38,488 nt of DNA from a virus (taxonomy: Duplodnaviria > Caudoviricetes), in IMG/VR virus record IMGVR_UViG_3300022742_000002, positions 1-38,488 of that record, one strand, 5' to 3'. Shown in pieces: positions 35,979-38,488 of this stretch. Position 1 is the stretch's first letter. Each line of letters starts with the position of its first letter. The position numbers were made by a program, and so were the translations under genes. The notes beneath the pieces are model-generated. The model did not search any database. It was not told where the DNA came from and saw nothing but the letters and a program-made list of their open reading frames with translations.

Positions 35979-36030
35979 CGCTTTACCGTGATTTTTGTCA
36001 TTGACGAAATCACGGTATACCGCCCATCCT
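35979..36030 (+). promoter_or_regulatory. Putative promoter flanked by two inverted operators
   Basis: CGCTTTACCGTG (35979-35990) and CACGGTATACCG (36011-36022) flank TTGACG (36001-36006). Confidence 0.6.
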
Positions 36031-36091
36031 AATACAGGGTATGGCGTGAACGCCAGCACCCTTGGATGCAGGCGCTGTTGGAGTGCGACCG

Positions 36092-36523
36092 ATGAAGGGA
36101 GCGATCAAGGTCCCGTTACAACGCAGGGACGGACCGCAGAACGTCGCGATGGACCGAAGCTTCGGCAATCTGTCCGGGAAGATGGAGCGCACGCTGCGCC
36201 ACATGGCGCCGGCGCTGCCGAAGGACGGGGCGACGCCGCTGGTCACCTACAACGTGGTGATCGCCAACCGCCGGATCTCGCACCGGACCTCGATGCGGCT
36301 GGACGTGACGTCCTGGCTGCTGCTCGACCACATTGCCGAGCTGGAGGGCTACGCGAACCGCGACGTGCTGGTCAGCGCGGTGCATGACCGGTTCCACGCC
36401 ACCGATCTGCCGCTGACGGCGATGGTGCGGCTGTTCCTGCAAACCTACACGGCGCCGGAGGCGGTGCTGGAGTTCCTGGGGGAAGCGCCGCGGCCATATG
36501 GGCGCGGGTTCGTCGCCAATTGA
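36092..36523 (+). CDS. Ribbon-helix-helix domain protein
   Basis: NVVI...HRTSMRLDVTSWLLLDHIAELEG...LTAMVRLF pattern; start uncertain. Confidence 0.75.
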   Translation: MKGAIKVPLQRRDGPQNVAMDRSFGNLSGKMERTLRHMAPALPKDGATPLVTYNVVIANRRISHRTSMRLDVTSWLLLDHIAELEGYANRDVLVSAVHDRFHATDLPLTAMVRLFLQTYTAPEAVLEFLGEAPRPYGRGFVAN

Positions 36524-36560
36524 AACGCGACTGCGCTGGACTGGCATGGGAGGAACCGCT

Positions 36561-36882
36561 GTGATCGCCACCCTTGAGGCAACCGACTGGCGGGTGTGCC
36601 ACGCGGCGCGGTTCGACAGTCCGGCCGACGTCTGCCGGATCCAGTTCCGACAAGGCGAACGGCTGGTCATCCTCGCCGTGGGCGAGGTGCCGGTCGTCTG
36701 CGACATCCTCACCCCCCGGCGTCTACAGCGTGGATATCCCCGCTCATTACCCGCGCGCCGTCTTCCCGGTGCTGGTGGTCGCAGTGCCCTCCCCCATCGC
36801 CTACCTGCTGGCGCATGGCGGGCCGACACGGGGGCTGCCGGCCGTCCCGTTGGCCGACCCGCAAACGGGGGGCCCGACGTGA
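36561..36882 (+). pseudogene. Hypothetical gene frameshifted at a C6 run
   Basis: GGAGG RBS and GTG at 36561. The coding-like frame changes at ACCCCCCGGC (36711-36720); removing one C joins ...VCDILTP to GVYSVDIPAHYP.... Confidence 0.6.
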
Positions 36883-36912
36883 TCGTCGCCATTTGCCGGA
36901 TGGAGGTGAGCC

Positions 36913-37200
36913 TTGGCCGCCCGAGTCTCTGACCTCGAAGGCTTGCCGTACTGGCCGCGCCTGCTCAGCCGCGACCAGGCGGCGCGCTATGTCGGCGTGT
37001 CGCCCGGCCAGTTCGCCAAGGAAGTCGAGGAAGGACGCTGGCCGGAGCCTGAACGCCGGGGCGGCGCAGGCCGGCGCACCGCCCGCCTGCTGTGGGACCG
37101 ACTGCTGCTGGACAGACGGCAGGACGAACGCAGCGGGCTTGTGCAACACTCATCCACGACAGGGACGGCGGGCGCTGACGAATGGGCAAGGTGGAGTTGA
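36913..37200 (+). CDS. Excisionase / AlpA-like recombination directionality factor
   Basis: WPRLLSRDQAARYVGVS...GRWPEP...LWDRLLLD; overlaps the integrase start. Confidence 0.8.
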   Translation: MAARVSDLEGLPYWPRLLSRDQAARYVGVSPGQFAKEVEEGRWPEPERRGGAGRRTARLLWDRLLLDRRQDERSGLVQHSSTTGTAGADEWARWS

Positions 37201-38243
37201 CGGTCCTGCGCATGAAGCGGGTGGCTGGGCGCTGGTATTGGCGCACCACCCCGGCCGTCAAGGCGCTGGGCTTCAGCGACGAAGCGCTGGGCGATGATAC
37301 GGACAAGGCGATTGCCCGCGCTCGCGAGCTGAACGCGGAGGTCGAGGCCGAGCGCGTCCGCCGCACCGGCCTCCAGCCCGCGATCCTGCCGAACAGCGTG
37401 GCCGACCTCATCACGAAGTATCAGGCCTCCCCGCAGCACGCCAAGCTGGCGCCGAAGACAAAGCACGAATACCGGCTCCTGCTGAACCGGATCGAAAAGG
37501 TGGCCGGCAACAAGCTGGTGGCCAGCATCACCAGGGCGTGGCTGGTAACGGGCTATGAGGCGGTGCAGAAGAAATCCGGCCTCGCCACCGCCAACGCGGT
37601 GATGCGGGTCTGGCGCATCCTGCTGGGTCATGCCTGCGACCGCGGCATGATCGACGTGTCGCCGGCGGACGGTATGAGGCTGATCGGCACGCAGGCCCGG
37701 ACGCAGCTGTGGACACCGGATCAGGTCGAGACCTTCTGCGCCGCCGCCATCGAGGCCGGCCGGGAGTCACTGGCGCTCGCGGTTCGGCTGGCGCTCGACA
37801 TTGGCCAGCGGCAGGGGGACATCCTGGCGCTGAAATGGTCGGATTATGACGGTACAGCCTTCAGCCTGGTGCAGGGCAAGACCAAGCATGCCCTGCGCGT
37901 GCCGGTGACGCCGTCGATGCAGACGCTGCTGGGGAAGGTGAAGCGCGACGCCGTGCAGGTGATCGTCAGCGAGGCGACTGGCCGGCCGTACCAGAAATTC
38001 CACTTCGGCCATGAGTTCGCCCGGATCCGTGCGCTCGCCCAGCTGCCGGCGGAGCTTCAGTTCCGCGACCTGCGCCGCACCGCCGCCACCGAGCTGGGCG
38101 CAGCCGGCGCCACCGATGACGAGATCCGAGCGGTGACGGGGCATCGGTCGCGTGGCGTGGTCGCCGTCTATGTTCGGCCCGATGATCGCATGGCGGCGGC
38201 TGCGCAGAGGAAACGCCATAAGGGACGAAAAGCGCAACCTTGA
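37182..38243 (+). CDS. int: Phage integrase (tyrosine recombinase)
   Basis: GQRQGDI (R), QGKT (K), FRDLRRT, VTGH and VY catalytic motifs; adjacent to the tRNA. Confidence 0.95.
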   Translation: MGKVELTVLRMKRVAGRWYWRTTPAVKALGFSDEALGDDTDKAIARARELNAEVEAERVRRTGLQPAILPNSVADLITKYQASPQHAKLAPKTKHEYRLLLNRIEKVAGNKLVASITRAWLVTGYEAVQKKSGLATANAVMRVWRILLGHACDRGMIDVSPADGMRLIGTQARTQLWTPDQVETFCAAAIEAGRESLALAVRLALDIGQRQGDILALKWSDYDGTAFSLVQGKTKHALRVPVTPSMQTLLGKVKRDAVQVIVSEATGRPYQKFHFGHEFARIRALAQLPAELQFRDLRRTAATELGAAGATDDEIRAVTGHRSRGVVAVYVRPDDRMAAAAQRKRHKGRKAQP

Positions 38244-38282
38244 GCAGAACATCCCGGAACGCCGCCGGAACGTCGAAAACAG

Positions 38283-38319
38283 GCAAGTGGGAAAACACAG
38301 ATTTTGCAGGTGGGAAAAC
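38283..38319 (+). repeat. Direct repeats, probable integrase arm-type sites
   Basis: GCAAGTGGGAAAAC (38283-38296) and GCAGGTGGGAAAAC (38306-38319) between int and the tRNA. Confidence 0.6.
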
Positions 38320-38338
38320 GCGGCATCCGCCGGAAATG

Positions 38339-38373
38339 AAAAGGCCCCGAAAGCTGTTTGCTTTCAGGGCCTT
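38339..38373 (-). terminator. Intrinsic terminator downstream of the tRNA
   Basis: AAGGCCCCGAAAGC-TGTTT-GCTTTCAGGGCCTT hairpin with a T run on the minus strand. Confidence 0.8.
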
Positions 38374-38379
38374 AGAAAC

Positions 38380-38454
<75 letters not shown>

Positions 38455-38488
38455 GTCGTTGTGGCGCGGAACATAGCGAGGTGCTTGC

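Larger units (their letters stand above)
1..38379. mobile_element. Lambda-like temperate prophage, right-hand part; continues beyond the left window edge
   Basis: Ordered terminase-portal-protease-capsid-tail genes on the minus strand, a regulatory switch, a replication gene, and an integrase abutting the 3' end of a tRNA. Confidence 0.97.

Noticed and set aside
38257-38271. GAAC-N7-GAAC matching the LexA box
   Set aside because: Downstream of int among att-arm repeats, GC-rich spacer, no gene to control; probably chance or part of att.

Overview
The window is the right-hand ~38.4 kb of a lambda-like siphovirus prophage in a high-GC alphaproteobacterium (inferred from the GTTC-N7-GTTC LexA box and the gene families). 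It is integrated at the 3' end of a tRNA-Thr(CGT) gene (38380-38454, minus strand). Reading right to left: tyrosine integrase and excisionase; a CI/Cro-like switch with a 12-bp operator present three times; a replication initiator with internal iterons; an MmeI-like type IIL restriction-modification gene; a higA antitoxin whose higB partner is truncated; an AT-rich TIR-STAND-TPR (Avs/NLR-like) gene; an antirepressor-parA-DUF3102-like operon; an AT-rich four-gene cassette (membrane peptide, Zn ribbon, NrdR-like ATP-cone protein, HD hydrolase); LexA-boxed umuDC; an amber-interrupted gene at the late-regulator position; a second tyrosine recombinase with a dif/res-like site; Gam; a DNA methyltransferase; a holin candidate; a cos-like region; and lambda-type head and tail genes. 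The tape measure gene runs off the left edge. The best candidate for an undescribed system is the NrdR-like/HD cassette (21651-23300). All product calls come from motif recognition by eye, with no database search.
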